NCBI GenBank assembly: GCA_963844595.1
Contig: CAWJOW010000004.1
Span: 480,157 to 544,156, forward strand
Origin: an uncultured Gammaproteobacteria bacterium
Lineage (GTDB): Bacteria; Pseudomonadota; Gammaproteobacteria; Steroidobacterales; Steroidobacteraceae
Length of the DNA stretch: 64,000 nt
Reading direction: 5' to 3'
Shown here piece after piece: positions 1 to 9,648 of this stretch (positions are counted from its first letter, which is position 1; each line of letters starts with the position of its first letter). The notes beneath the pieces are model-generated. The model was not told where the DNA came from. It ran no database searches and saw only the letters and a program-made list of their open reading frames with translations. Position numbers and translations under genes: made by a program.

Positions 1-177
1 CTGGCGCGCGCCACGCACGAGGATGGCGTCGCCCGGGGCGTCGGTCATTCCGTCACCGTCAAGGCACGAGGAGCGATGATGCGCGGCCGGCAGGCGTGCG
101 CACCGCTATTCTACGGCATCTGTAAGCGAGCGCCTGGGCGCCCGCGGGCCGGGATTGCATGGGCAACGCGGGGCTAA
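1..177 (+). CDS. 3' end of an unidentified upstream ORF running off the window edge (frame +1, stop TAA 175-177)
   Basis: Frame +1 is open from position 1 and has high third-position GC. It also contains an internal GAGGAG (68-73) followed by ATGATG (76-81), which could start a 33-aa peptide [34 protein letters not shown] cannot tell which reading is real. Confidence 0.25.
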   Translation: MARATHEDGVARGVGHSVTVKARGAMMRGRQACAPLFYGICKRAPGRPRAGIAWATRG

Positions 178-295
178 ATGGGGGCGGTTCGCGTGGCTTG
201 CAATCCAGTCGTGCCTCGACCGGTCTACTGTACGAACCGCGGCCCGTGTACGACTCACGCGCTACAATCAGGGGCTCGCGCGGGAAATCAACGAC

Positions 296-1180
296 ATGCT
301 CACACGTCCCTCGCTCGGCTTCGGCCTCGGCCTGCGCGTCGAGCACTACGAGTCGGTGCTGGCCGACCGACCACCGGTCGATTGGTTCGAGGTGCTGACC
401 GAGAACTACCTGGTGCCGGGCGGCAAGCCGCTCGACTACCTGATGCGCATCCGCGAGCGCTACCCGGTGGCGATGCACGGGGTGTCGCTGTCGATCGGCA
501 GCAGTGCACCCCTCGATCGCGAGTACCTGAGACAGGTCGCCGCGCTCGCCGCGCGGGTGCAGCCGGAATGGATCTCCGATCACCTCTGCTGGACCGGGAT
601 CGCCGGCAGGAACACCCATGACCTGCTGCCGCTGCCGTATACCGAGGCGGCGCTCGAGCACGTCGCCGCGCGCGTGCGCCAGGTGCAGGACATCCTCGGG
701 CGGCGGATCCTGCTCGAGAATGTCTCGAGCTATGTGACGTTCCGCGATTCCGCGCTCACCGAGTGGCAGTTCCTCGCCGGCATTGCCGAGCGCGCCGACT
801 GCCTGATCCTGCTCGACGTCAACAACATCTACGTGAGCGCGGTGAACCACGAGTTCGACCCGTTCGAGTACCTGAACGCAATACCCCCCGCGCGCGTGCA
901 GCAGATCCACCTGGCCGGCCACGAAGATCACGGCAGCTATCTGGTCGACACCCACGACACCGCAGTGTGCGACCCGGTCTGGGAGCTCTATGCGGCCGCA
1001 CTCCGGCGCTGCGGCCCGGTGAGCACCATGATCGAGCGCGACGATCACATCCCGCCGCTCGCGGAGCTCTGCGCCGAGCTCGCGCAGGCACGCGCGGTTG
1101 CACGCCGCGCGCAGGATGCGGTCGCGGGCGAGCGTCACGCCGCGCGGCCCGCGCCGTCCTCCACCGTCGCAGCGCCATGA
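296..1180 (+). CDS. DUF692 / MNIO (multinuclear non-heme iron oxidase, MbnB/BufB/HvfB-like) family protein
   Basis: The translation [18 protein letters not shown]...WFEVLTENY...HGVSLSIGS...ISDHLCW...ENVSSY...[10 protein letters not shown]...IHLAGH...ERDD is the typical UPF0276/DUF692 TIM-barrel motif string. I chose the ATG at 296 because upstream residues of the track ORF are non-homologous. The stop overlaps the next gene start (ATGA). Confidence 0.85.
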   Translation: MLTRPSLGFGLGLRVEHYESVLADRPPVDWFEVLTENYLVPGGKPLDYLMRIRERYPVAMHGVSLSIGSSAPLDREYLRQVAALAARVQPEWISDHLCWTGIAGRNTHDLLPLPYTEAALEHVAARVRQVQDILGRRILLENVSSYVTFRDSALTEWQFLAGIAERADCLILLDVNNIYVSAVNHEFDPFEYLNAIPPARVQQIHLAGHEDHGSYLVDTHDTAVCDPVWELYAAALRRCGPVSTMIERDDHIPPLAELCAELAQARAVARRAQDAVAGERHAARPAPSSTVAAP

Positions 1181-1959
1181 CGCCGCTCGCGCGTATCCAG
1201 GGCGACTTCCAGGATCACCTGCTGCGCGGCAGCGAGGCGGTCAGGGAGCACGTGCTCGGCACGGCGCGAGTGCCGGTGGAGACACGTCTCGGCATCTACG
1301 CCGGAGCCTACGGCAGCCGCCTCATCGACGCGCTGCGCAGCAACTACCCGGCGCTCGCCGCGCTCCTCGGCGAGGCGGATTTCGAGGCGCTGGGCGCGGA
1401 GTACGTGCGCACGCACGACTCGCCGTTCTTTTCCATCCGCAACTACGGCGACGTACTGGCGGAGTTTCTCACGCAGCACCCAACCTACGCCGAAGTGCCG
1501 GTGCTCTGCGAGCTGGCGCGCTGGGAATGGATGCTCGGTGGCGTGTTCGATGCGGCGGATGCGGCGCCGCTCACCGCCGCGGCGCTCGGGAGCGTCGCCC
1601 CCGGGGACTGGGCGCAACTGCGCTTCGAGTGGCACCCGGGCGTGCGGCGCATCGCGCTCGTCTGGAACGTGCCGCAGCTGTGGCAGGCGCTCACCGACGA
1701 GCGGGAGCGGCCCGAGCTCTCGCTGCTGGCGGAGCCCGTCGAGTGGCTCGCCTGGCGCCAGGAGCTGCGTACCTACTTCCGTTCCCTGTCAAAGAGCGAA
1801 GCGGCGCTCGTCGATGCCGCGCGTGCCGGCGCCTGCTTCGGCGAGCTGTGCGAGCAGCTGCAGGCCGAGCTCGGCGCACAGGCGGCTCCCGCGCGGGCCG
1901 CCGCGCTGCTGCGCGCCTGGGTGGCCGCGGGCCTTATTGTCGCCACGCGCACCGCGTAA
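1177..1959 (+). CDS. DUF2063 domain protein (BufC/HvfC/MbnC-like partner of MNIO enzymes)
   Basis: It is translationally coupled to the DUF692 gene (ATGA overlap). The N-terminus [16 protein letters not shown]...[31 protein letters not shown] is typical of DUF2063 proteins, which are always found next to DUF692. Confidence 0.8.
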   Translation: MTPLARIQGDFQDHLLRGSEAVREHVLGTARVPVETRLGIYAGAYGSRLIDALRSNYPALAALLGEADFEALGAEYVRTHDSPFFSIRNYGDVLAEFLTQHPTYAEVPVLCELARWEWMLGGVFDAADAAPLTAAALGSVAPGDWAQLRFEWHPGVRRIALVWNVPQLWQALTDERERPELSLLAEPVEWLAWRQELRTYFRSLSKSEAALVDAARAGACFGELCEQLQAELGAQAAPARAAALLRAWVAAGLIVATRTA

Positions 1960-2037
1960 CGTACAATCGCTCACGCAAACCATCCCGTCCGGCGTCCACG
2001 CCGGCCGCCGCGGCGCGACCGGCGTTGAGGTTCGACC

Positions 2038-3417
2038 ATGTCACCGCTGAGCTACGGCAACGTGCTGGAGATGATCGGCCACACGCCGCTCATGGCTGTC
2101 CGCCATCTGGATACCGGTCCCTGCGAGCTGTTCCTGAAGCTCGAGAACCAGAACCCGGGCGGCTCCATCAAGGACCGCATCGGGCTGTATCTGATCCAGG
2201 CCGCCGAGCGCGCCGGCAGGATCTCCCCCGGCACCATTCTGATCGAGGCCACCGCCGGCAACACCGGGCTGGGACTGGCGCTGGTTGCGGCGCAGAAGGG
2301 CTATCGTCTGGTGCTGGCGATTCCCGACAAGATGAGCCAGGAGAAGATCTTCCACCTGCGGGCGATGGGCGCCGAGGTGGTCATGACCCGCTCGGACGTG
2401 AGCAAGGGGCACCCGGAGTATTACCGCGACGTCGCCGAACGTCTCGCGCGCGAGACGCCGAACTCCTACTTCGTCAACCAGTTCGGCAATCCCGCCAACG
2501 CCCAGGCGCACGAGGAAACCACGGCTCCGGAGATCTGGGAGCAGATGGGCAAGCGGCTCGATACGGTGGTCTGCGGCGCAGGCACCGGCGGCACGCTCAC
2601 CGGGCTGTCGCAGTTCTTCACGCGCACCGCGCCGCATGTGCAAATGGTGCTGGCGGATCCGGTGGGCTCGGGACTGGCGAGCTACGCGACGACCGGCAAG
2701 CTGCCCGCGGCCATGACGCCGTGGCTGGTCGAGGGCATCGGCGGGGATTCCGTGCCGCCGGTCGCCGACTTCTCGCGCGTCAGCAGCACCTACAGCATTG
2801 CGGACGCCGAGTCGTTTCTCGCCTGCCGGGCGCTGCTCGCGAAGGAGGGGGTAATTGCCGGCACTTCCACCGGCACGCTGCTCGCGGCGGCGCTGCGCTA
2901 CTGCCGCGAGCAGCGCCAGCCGAAACGCGTCGTCACGTTCGTGTGCGACAGTGGCAACAAGTACCTCTCGAAGGTCTACAACGATTTCTGGATGCTGGAC
3001 CAGGGCTTCCTCGAGCGCCAGCGTCTCGGCGACCTGCGTGATCTGATCGTGCGGCGCTACGCGGAAGGCAATGCCGTGACGGTCAACTCCACCGAGCAGG
3101 TGCTCGCCGCCTACCGGCGCATGAAGCTCTACGACGTCTCGCAGGTGCCGGTGATGCAGGACGGCCGCATCATCGGCATCGTCGACGAGGAGGACATCCT
3201 TCTGGAGGTGTTCGCCAACCCGCAGCACTTCAGCGAGCCGGTCACCCGGGCGATGGCGAGCCACCTGGAGACCGTGCCGGTCGACGCCGGCGTGGCGCAG
3301 CTTATGGAGATATTCAAGCGCGGCATGGTGGCAATCGTCATGCACGAGAAGGAGTTCCAGGGCATCGTGACGCGCATCGATCTGCTCAACTGGCTGCGGC
3401 GCCGCATGCCCATATGA
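2038..3417 (+). CDS. cystathionine beta-synthase (PLP fold-type II domain plus C-terminal CBS pair)
   Basis: LKLENQNPGGSIKDR (PLP lysine motif), ATAGNTGLGLA and GTGGT are present. The C-terminal roughly 120 aa carry two CBS motifs (VSQVPVMQDGRIIGIVDEEDIL ... GIVTRIDLLNWL). Confidence 0.9.
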   Translation: MSPLSYGNVLEMIGHTPLMAVRHLDTGPCELFLKLENQNPGGSIKDRIGLYLIQAAERAGRISPGTILIEATAGNTGLGLALVAAQKGYRLVLAIPDKMSQEKIFHLRAMGAEVVMTRSDVSKGHPEYYRDVAERLARETPNSYFVNQFGNPANAQAHEETTAPEIWEQMGKRLDTVVCGAGTGGTLTGLSQFFTRTAPHVQMVLADPVGSGLASYATTGKLPAAMTPWLVEGIGGDSVPPVADFSRVSSTYSIADAESFLACRALLAKEGVIAGTSTGTLLAAALRYCREQRQPKRVVTFVCDSGNKYLSKVYNDFWMLDQGFLERQRLGDLRDLIVRRYAEGNAVTVNSTEQVLAAYRRMKLYDVSQVPVMQDGRIIGIVDEEDILLEVFANPQHFSEPVTRAMASHLETVPVDAGVAQLMEIFKRGMVAIVMHEKEFQGIVTRIDLLNWLRRRMPI

Positions 3418-3424
3418 GAAACGC

Positions 3425-4588
3425 ATGACCGACGAGACTGCCGCACATCGCTTTGCCACGCGCGTCATCCACGGCGGCCAGCATCCCGACCCGCTCACGG
3501 GAGCGGTGATGCCGCCGATCTACGCGACCTCGACCTACGTGCAGTCGAGCCCGGGGGTGCACCAGGGCTTTGAGTACTCGCGCACCCGCAACCCGACGCG
3601 CGACGCGCTGCAGGCGGCGGTCACCAACCTCGAAGGCGGCACCGCCGGCTTCGCGTTCGCTTCGGGAATGGCCGCGAGCGCCACGCTCCTCGAGCTCCTC
3701 GATGCCGGCGTGCACATCGTCGCGATGCACGATCTCTATGGCGGCAGCTACCGGCTGTTCGAGAACGTGCGCAGGCGCTCCGCCGGCCATCAGGTCTCAT
3801 TCGTCGATCTGTCGGACCCTGCGGCGCTCGCTGGGGCGCTGCGCCCCGAGACCCGCATGATCTGGGTCGAGACGCCGACCAACCCGCTGCTGAAGCTGGT
3901 CGATCTCGCTGCGGTCGCAGCGCTCGGGCAGCGGCACCGGCTGCTCACCGTGTGCGACAACACGTTCGCGACCCCATTCATCCAGCGCCCGCTCGAGCAC
4001 GGCTTTGACATCGTCGTGCACTCGACCACCAAGTACCTGAACGGCCACTCCGACTCGATCGGCGGCGCGGTGGCGGTGCGCGATGCGGGGCTCGCCGAAC
4101 GCATTGCTTACCTGCAGAACGCCGTCGGCGGCGTGCCGGGACCGTTCGATGCGTTCCTGACGCTGCGCGGCATCAAGACACTCGCGCTGCGCATGGAGCG
4201 GCATTGCGCGAACGCGCTCAGCGTCGCGCAGTTTCTCGAGGGGCACCCGCAGGTCGAGCGGGTGCTCTACCCCGGCCTGCCGAGCCACCCGCAGCACGCG
4301 CTCGCCCGGCGCCAGATGAGCGGCGGCTACGGCGGCATCGTCACCGCGGTGCTGCGCGGCGGGCTCGCCAGCGCGCGTCGCGCACTCGAGCGCTGCCGGT
4401 TATTCGCGCTTGCCGAGAGCTTAGGAGGCGTCGAGAGTCTGATCGAGCACCCGGGCATCATGACGCACGCCTCACTCCCCGAGGCGACCCGCAGGAGCCT
4501 GGGGATCGGCGACGGCCTCATCCGGCTCTCGGTGGGAGTGGAGGACCTCGCGGACCTGGTCGCGGACCTGCGGCACGCGCTCGGCTGA
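3425..4588 (+). CDS. cystathionine gamma-lyase / gamma-synthase family PLP enzyme (Cys/Met metabolism)
   Basis: RVIHGG...PIYATSTY...YSRTRNPTR...HSTTKYLNGHSD (PLP lysine) ...ESLGGVESLIEHP is the canonical motif series of this family. It is adjacent to CBS, which suggests reverse transsulfuration. Confidence 0.85.
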   Translation: MTDETAAHRFATRVIHGGQHPDPLTGAVMPPIYATSTYVQSSPGVHQGFEYSRTRNPTRDALQAAVTNLEGGTAGFAFASGMAASATLLELLDAGVHIVAMHDLYGGSYRLFENVRRRSAGHQVSFVDLSDPAALAGALRPETRMIWVETPTNPLLKLVDLAAVAALGQRHRLLTVCDNTFATPFIQRPLEHGFDIVVHSTTKYLNGHSDSIGGAVAVRDAGLAERIAYLQNAVGGVPGPFDAFLTLRGIKTLALRMERHCANALSVAQFLEGHPQVERVLYPGLPSHPQHALARRQMSGGYGGIVTAVLRGGLASARRALERCRLFALAESLGGVESLIEHPGIMTHASLPEATRRSLGIGDGLIRLSVGVEDLADLVADLRHALG

Positions 4589-4604
4589 GGCGCGCGCGGC
4601 AGAC

Positions 4605-5771
4605 TCAGGGGTGCAGCCCGGCCTGGCTCGTGAGATAGACGGCGTAAGTGCCGAGCCAGTGCCCTCCCTCGTAGTGCTCCCCGGTGACCGCCGGCAACGC
4701 CGCATCGGCGTGACGAGCGGCGGTCGCCAGGAGCGCCGGGATGCGCGGATCGTGTGACGGCAGGCCGTGAGCGATGCCCTCGAGCATCCAGGCGCGACTC
4801 AGGTTCAGTCCATCGATGTGCGCGAGCTTGGGGTCGGCGCGATCGGTGACCACGCCCGGGGACAGCCAGGCGCCAGGGGCACGGGCCGCGGCGGCATGCG
4901 CGGGAATCTGCGGCAGGAAGTCGGTCAGCCAGCGGGCGAAGACGGGCGCGGGGAGCACGCGGCGCATGAAGTCCGCCTCCGCAAGACAGGGCGACAGGAA
5001 ATCCTCGCCCGATGGCTCGTAGGCAAGCGGGCAGTTGCGGTCATGGCGGTAGAAGCGCTGCGCCGCATCGGCGAGCAGCTCGCGCATGCGCGCATCGCCA
5101 CTCACGCCCGCCCAGTCCCACATGAGGCCGAACGAGAATGCCGTCTGATCGTGCTCGCCGATGCGGATCGGATAGTGCAGCTTCGGCAGCCAGCTCTCGA
5201 GTCGGGTCGCCGCTTCCGTCTCGAGCGGCGCGAGCACCTGCGACCATCGATGCGCGTCGGGATCGTCCCAGCGGCGCAGCTCCGCCGCCAGCTGCAGCAG
5301 CCACGCGAGTCCGTAGGGACGCTCGAATGAGGCGCGGCCGGCGCCCTCGAGGTACGCGACTTCGCCGGTGATGTTGGCGGGCGTCAGGCTCTGCCCGACT
5401 TGCGCGCGTGCCTGAGAGGCGAACGGTGCATGCGGGAACAGCCGCAGCAGCCGCACCAGCAGCCAGTGGCCGTGAACGTCCGAGTGCCAGTCGAGACAGC
5501 CGTAGAAGGCCGGTGTCAGCTCGTGCGGCGGCCGGGCGTCGGCGGCGCTGTTGAGTGTGTGACTGATATGGTTGGGATACTCCTGGTGCAGGCACTTGAG
5601 GGCGAGCGCGGCAAAGCGCGCGGCCGCACTCTCGCTGAGCGGTCCGGCGTTGATGGCCGCGGTGAGGGAGGGCGGGGCGGCCTCGGCAGTCGCCGCGCGT
5701 GCGGGCGCTGCCGCGCCGGTATCCAGAGCGATCGCCGTGGAGACGATCATGAGCGCGATGCGGGATTTCAT
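4605..5771 (-). CDS. DUF2891-like secreted protein
   Basis: It has a signal peptide (MKSRIALMIVSTAIAL...ARA) and the motif FYGCLDWHSDVHGHWLL, which I recall for DUF2891. Confidence 0.55.
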   Translation of the reverse strand: MKSRIALMIVSTAIALDTGAAAPARAATAEAAPPSLTAAINAGPLSESAAARFAALALKCLHQEYPNHISHTLNSAADARPPHELTPAFYGCLDWHSDVHGHWLLVRLLRLFPHAPFASQARAQVGQSLTPANITGEVAYLEGAGRASFERPYGLAWLLQLAAELRRWDDPDAHRWSQVLAPLETEAATRLESWLPKLHYPIRIGEHDQTAFSFGLMWDWAGVSGDARMRELLADAAQRFYRHDRNCPLAYEPSGEDFLSPCLAEADFMRRVLPAPVFARWLTDFLPQIPAHAAAARAPGAWLSPGVVTDRADPKLAHIDGLNLSRAWMLEGIAHGLPSHDPRIPALLATAARHADAALPAVTGEHYEGGHWLGTYAVYLTSQAGLHP

Positions 5772-5794
5772 AGGCGCATGTTACCCTCGCCAGC

Positions 5795-6508
5795 GTGCCG
5801 CAGCCTCTGCCCATTCTGCTGGTCCCGGGACTGCTGGCTTCGCCCCGGCTGTTTGAAGCGCAGATTCCCGAGCTGTGGCGCTTCGGTCCGGTGACGATCG
5901 CCGACCACACGCGCGATGACAGCATGACGGCGATCGCGCGGCGCATTCTGGTAGGCGCGCCGCCGCGCTTCGCGCTCGCTGGGCTCTCGATGGGTGGATA
6001 CGTGGCTTTCGAGATCCTCAGGCAGGCGCCGGCGCGCATCGCCAGGCTCGCACTCCTCGATACCACCGCGCGGCCCGATACGCCGGAGCAGCGCGCGGCG
6101 CGCAGCGAGCAGGTCGTGCTGGCGGCCGCGGGTCGTCTCGATGAGGTTGTCGAAGCGCAGTTCCCGCGCCTGGTGCATGCCGAGCATCGCGGCGACGCGC
6201 GCCTGCGGGAGATTGTCCGGCAGATGGCGCAGGAAGTCGGCGCGGAGGCGTTTGCGCGGCAGCAGCAGGCCATCACGGGCCGCGCCGATTCGCGCCCCGG
6301 GCTCGAAGCCATTCATGTGCCGACCCTGGTGCTGGTAGGCGAGGGCGACCAGCTGACCCCTGTCGACCGCGCCGCCGAGATGGCGCAGGCGATCCCGGGC
6401 GCGCGCCTGGTCACGGTGCCCGGGAGCGGACATCTGTCGACGCTCGAGCGGCCCCGCGAGGTCACGCAGGCGCTGGTCGATTGGCTGCGCGATTCGCTGA
6501 AGTCATGA
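5795..6508 (+). CDS. alpha/beta-fold hydrolase
   Basis: ILLVPGLL..., the nucleophile elbow GLSMGG, and C-terminal VPGSGHL are present. The start is GTG, only 23 nt from the divergent gene, so it is uncertain. Confidence 0.7.
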   Translation: MPQPLPILLVPGLLASPRLFEAQIPELWRFGPVTIADHTRDDSMTAIARRILVGAPPRFALAGLSMGGYVAFEILRQAPARIARLALLDTTARPDTPEQRAARSEQVVLAAAGRLDEVVEAQFPRLVHAEHRGDARLREIVRQMAQEVGAEAFARQQQAITGRADSRPGLEAIHVPTLVLVGEGDQLTPVDRAAEMAQAIPGARLVTVPGSGHLSTLERPREVTQALVDWLRDSLKS

Positions 6509-7062
6509 GCTCGGAAGCGCAGTGGACGCTGCTGGTGGCCCATCCCGACACTCCGGGGGAGTTCGTGTGGCGCATCGCCGCCGAGGTGCGGCTCGACGGG
6601 GCGAACTTACTGTGCAGCTACACGCTCTACGGCGACATGACCCACGTACGCGTGCCGGGCGCACAGGCCGGGCGGCGGGCCGACGGCCTGTGGGAGCACA
6701 CCTGCTTCGAGACCTTCGTCGCAGCCGACGGGGTGGCCGGCTACTACGAGTTCAACTTCTCCCCCTCGCTTGACTGGGCGGCTTACCGCTTCGAGGATTA
6801 TCGCCACGCCATGGCCCCGGCGGGCCTCGCGCGCGCACCGGGGCTGCACGTGCGCCGCACCACCGACCGGCTCGAGCTGACCGCGACCCTGCACCTTCAG
6901 GGGCTTGCGGACCTCGCGGAGGCGCGTGCGCTGCGGCTCGGGATCGCGGCGATCGTCGAAGACGACGGCGGAACGCTGTCGTACTGGGCGCTGAAGCACG
7001 CGCCCGGCAATCCCGACTTTCATCATCCCGACGCCTTCGCGCTCGAGCTGGACGCGTCATGA
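6505..7062 (+). CDS. hypothetical protein (DOMON-like / carbohydrate-binding-like fold suspected)
   Basis: It has ATGA overlaps with both neighbours. The motif LWEHTCFETFV...YYEFNFSPSLDWAAYRF resembles DOMON-like domain proteins from memory. Confidence 0.45.
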   Translation: MSSEAQWTLLVAHPDTPGEFVWRIAAEVRLDGANLLCSYTLYGDMTHVRVPGAQAGRRADGLWEHTCFETFVAADGVAGYYEFNFSPSLDWAAYRFEDYRHAMAPAGLARAPGLHVRRTTDRLELTATLHLQGLADLAEARALRLGIAAIVEDDGGTLSYWALKHAPGNPDFHHPDAFALELDAS

Positions 7063-8264
7063 AGTTCGGGATCGACCGGCTGATCGAGGAGCCGGCGCTG
7101 CGCCGGCCGCTCGCAGGCCGGCGGGTCGCGCTGCTCGCACACCCGGCCTCGGTAACGCGGGATCTGACTCATTCCCTGGATGCGCTCGCACGGCTGCCGG
7201 AAGTGCATCTGACGTCGGCCTTCGGACCGCAGCACGGCTTGAAGGGCGATAAGCAATACAACATGGTCGAGTCGGCCGACGAGATCGACCCGGTGTATCG
7301 GATCCCGGTGTACAGCCTTTATGGCGCGGTGCGCCGCCCGACCGCGGCGATGATGGACAGCTTCGACGTGCTGCTCGTCGACCTGCAGGACCTGGGCTGC
7401 CGGATCTATACATTCGTCACGACGCTGCGTTACGTACTCGAGGAAGCCGCGCGTGCCGGCAAGGCCGTGTGGGTGCTCGACCGCCCGAATCCCGCCGGCC
7501 GGCCGGTGGAGGGCCTCACACTGCGGCCGGGCTGGGAGAGCTTCGTCGGCGCGGGCGCCTTGCCCATGCGCCACGGTCTCACCCTGGGGGAGCTCGCGCG
7601 CTGGTTCGTCGCGACGCTGCGCCTCAAGATCGACTGCCAGGTCGTGACCATGGAGGGCTGGCAGCCGCAGATCGCGCCCGGCTACGGCTGGCCGCAGGGC
7701 GAGCGCTCCTGGGTGAACCCGAGCCCGAACGCGCAGAACCAGTCGATGGCGCGCTGCTATGCCGGTTCGGTGATGCTCGAAGGGACGACGCTGTCAGAAG
7801 GCCGCGGCACCACGCGACCGCTCGAGCTCGCCGGCGCACCGGAACTCGACGCGCCGGCGCTCCTCGCGCAGATGCGCGCGCTCGCGCCCGAATGGCTCGC
7901 AGGCTGCCGGCTGCGTCCCTGCTGGTTCGAGCCCACTTTTAACAAGCACACCGGCAAGCTCTGCGCAGGCTTCCAGGTGCATGTCGACGCCGCGGCGGTT
8001 TACGACCACGAGGCGTTTCGGCCCTGGCGGCTGTTCGCGCTCGCTTTCAAGGCGCTGCGTCGCCTGCAACCCGACTATCCCCTGTGGGCGGATTTTCACT
8101 ACGAGTACGAGCGTGACCGGCTGGCGATCGACGTCATCAGCGGCAGCGAACTGCTGCGACAGTGGGTCGACGATCCGGCGGCGACGCCTGCGGACCTTGA
8201 GGCGCTTGCAGGCAGGGACGAGGCGGCGTGGCGGGCGGAGCGCACCGCGCTCCTCTTGTATTAG
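7059..8264 (+). CDS. DUF1343 family protein (NamZ-like exo-beta-N-acetylmuramidase)
   Basis: GIDRL...RVALLAHPASV...FGPQHG...YSLYG...D.LLVDLQD.G.R.YT...LDRPNP...G..PMRHGLT.GELA is the characteristic DUF1343 string. Confidence 0.8.
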   Translation: MKFGIDRLIEEPALRRPLAGRRVALLAHPASVTRDLTHSLDALARLPEVHLTSAFGPQHGLKGDKQYNMVESADEIDPVYRIPVYSLYGAVRRPTAAMMDSFDVLLVDLQDLGCRIYTFVTTLRYVLEEAARAGKAVWVLDRPNPAGRPVEGLTLRPGWESFVGAGALPMRHGLTLGELARWFVATLRLKIDCQVVTMEGWQPQIAPGYGWPQGERSWVNPSPNAQNQSMARCYAGSVMLEGTTLSEGRGTTRPLELAGAPELDAPALLAQMRALAPEWLAGCRLRPCWFEPTFNKHTGKLCAGFQVHVDAAAVYDHEAFRPWRLFALAFKALRRLQPDYPLWADFHYEYERDRLAIDVISGSELLRQWVDDPAATPADLEALAGRDEAAWRAERTALLLY

Positions 8265-8296
8265 CGTGCCCGCACGCCGCGGCGGGAGCGGCGCGG

Positions 8297-8932
8297 CTAC
8301 TTGCGGAGGCAGGTCGCGTAGGGTGGCGGCTCGCCGGGCTGCGGCGCGCACACCCGGATGGGCCCGAGCGCCGCGAGGCGCTTCTCCCAGTAAGCGCGGT
8401 CGATCGCCGGCTTGTGCGGCGAGCCCGAGGCGCGCTCGGCCCACTGCAGGGTGTAGAAGTCCTTCGCGCCCTTCACCGCGAGCATCACCGCGGTCTCGCT
8501 GTAGCCCGACTTGCCCTGTACCCGCCCGCAGCTCGCGATGGTGACGAAGCCATCGTAGCCGTCGACGCTTCGCGGGCCGAGCTCATCCATGGCGAAGGTG
8601 TCCGGGCAGTGCCCCCTGAAGCTCGCCGCCATGCGCACCAGCAGCGCCTGCGGCGTGGCTCCGGCGCTCGTGGCCAGATCGCGTGTTCCCGTGAGCTCCA
8701 GCATCCGCGTCCACTGGTCCGCGCTCTCGCCGTCAGGCACGTGCTCGCGGATGTAGAACGAGCCGTTGTTGTGCTCGTCGGCGATCCTGAACTCCGCGGG
8801 CACGGAATACCGGATCAGCTGGCTGAAGACCGGGACGACCGTCGCCACGCCCGGCGGATCCGCCGCGAGTACCGCGGCAGCCGGCAGCAGGGCGAAGGCG
8901 ATCCGAGCAGCGACACTGGCGACTTGGCGCAT
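8297..8932 (-). CDS. hypothetical secreted protein
   Basis: Starting at MRQVASVAARIAFALLPAAAVLAADPP gives a Sec signal. No family was recognised. It is the last gene of a three-gene minus-strand cluster. Confidence 0.45.
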   Translation of the reverse strand: MRQVASVAARIAFALLPAAAVLAADPPGVATVVPVFSQLIRYSVPAEFRIADEHNNGSFYIREHVPDGESADQWTRMLELTGTRDLATSAGATPQALLVRMAASFRGHCPDTFAMDELGPRSVDGYDGFVTIASCGRVQGKSGYSETAVMLAVKGAKDFYTLQWAERASGSPHKPAIDRAYWEKRLAALGPIRVCAPQPGEPPPYATCLRK

Positions 8933-8990
8933 ATGGCTCAACTCCTGACTCCTGACCGGCGCGGGCACGCGGTAGCCTAGGGTCGTGCCG

Positions 8991-9404
8991 CTAATCTGGC
9001 AATGGAGCCGGCTCGTCCCAGGCGGGATCGGGCATGAGGAATGTGTGGCGTGCGGCCTCGCAGCCTAAGCGCTGCGGCCGATACCAGCGCGCCAGGATCG
9101 ACTTGCCGAGAAGGTCGGGGTTGGCGCGCGCGAAGGTCTCGAAGTCACTCGCCTCCGCACGCAGCATCCGCTCGGAGATCAGCGACAGGAAGGCGAGTGT
9201 GACCGTCAGGTTGAAGGCCTCGGGACGCCCGGCCTTCGCGAGCATGACGCGCAGCGCCCGCGAGCAATGCGTCAGTGACTCGGCAAACTCATGCCGGCGC
9301 AACAGCTCGAAGGCCATGCGCACGTGCTCCCGGTGCGTAAACGCATGCGGGTCGAGCTCGCCGCGCAGGAAGCGCGCCAGGTCGGGCGAATCATCCGGCT
9401 GCAT
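8991..9404 (-). CDS. hypothetical all-helical protein, partner of the upstream RHH gene
   Basis: It is a 137-aa ORF whose start overlaps the upstream gene by 14 nt. No family was recognised. Confidence 0.45.
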   Translation of the reverse strand: MQPDDSPDLARFLRGELDPHAFTHREHVRMAFELLRRHEFAESLTHCSRALRVMLAKAGRPEAFNLTVTLAFLSLISERMLRAEASDFETFARANPDLLGKSILARWYRPQRLGCEAARHTFLMPDPAWDEPAPLPD

Positions 9405-9648
9405 TGCCGGTCTCGCGCAAGTGGTGCGCGTCCCTGGCGGTGAGATCGAGGCCGTACACCGCGCGCAGTGCCCGGATCTTCTTCAGCGTGACAGCCGAGA
9501 ACGGCGCCTTGCCCTCGAAGGCATGCAGCACCACGCCCTCGAGGAGGTCGCCGAGCGAGAGGTCGAGGTCGGTGGCGAGCGCCTTCAGCACCTTCAGGAG
9601 GCGCGTCTCCAGCCGCACGCCGGTCTGGGTACGGGAGACGCTCTTCAT
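9391..9648 (-). CDS. ribbon-helix-helix-like small DNA-binding protein (putative)
   Basis: The N-terminal pattern [36 protein letters not shown] fits beta-strand/helix/helix of the CopG/Arc type. Direct repeats lie immediately upstream (9657-9682). Confidence 0.45.
   Translation of the reverse strand: MKSVSRTQTGVRLETRLLKVLKALATDLDLSLGDLLEGVVLHAFEGKAPFSAVTLKKIRALRAVYGLDLTARDAHHLRETGNAAG

Noticed and set aside
59-1138. Long antisense and out-of-frame ORFs throughout the track (for example 59..1138 -, 1098..3041 +, 2041..3498 -, 5041..6312 -, 10739..12142 -, 16309..18246 -, 18594..20855 -, 52502..53872 -, 57327..58712 -, 62237..63991 -)
   Set aside because: They lie opposite or out of frame to ORFs with unmistakable family motifs. 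Their translations are Arg/Ala/Pro/Gly-rich low-complexity strings, typical of shadow ORFs in high-GC DNA.
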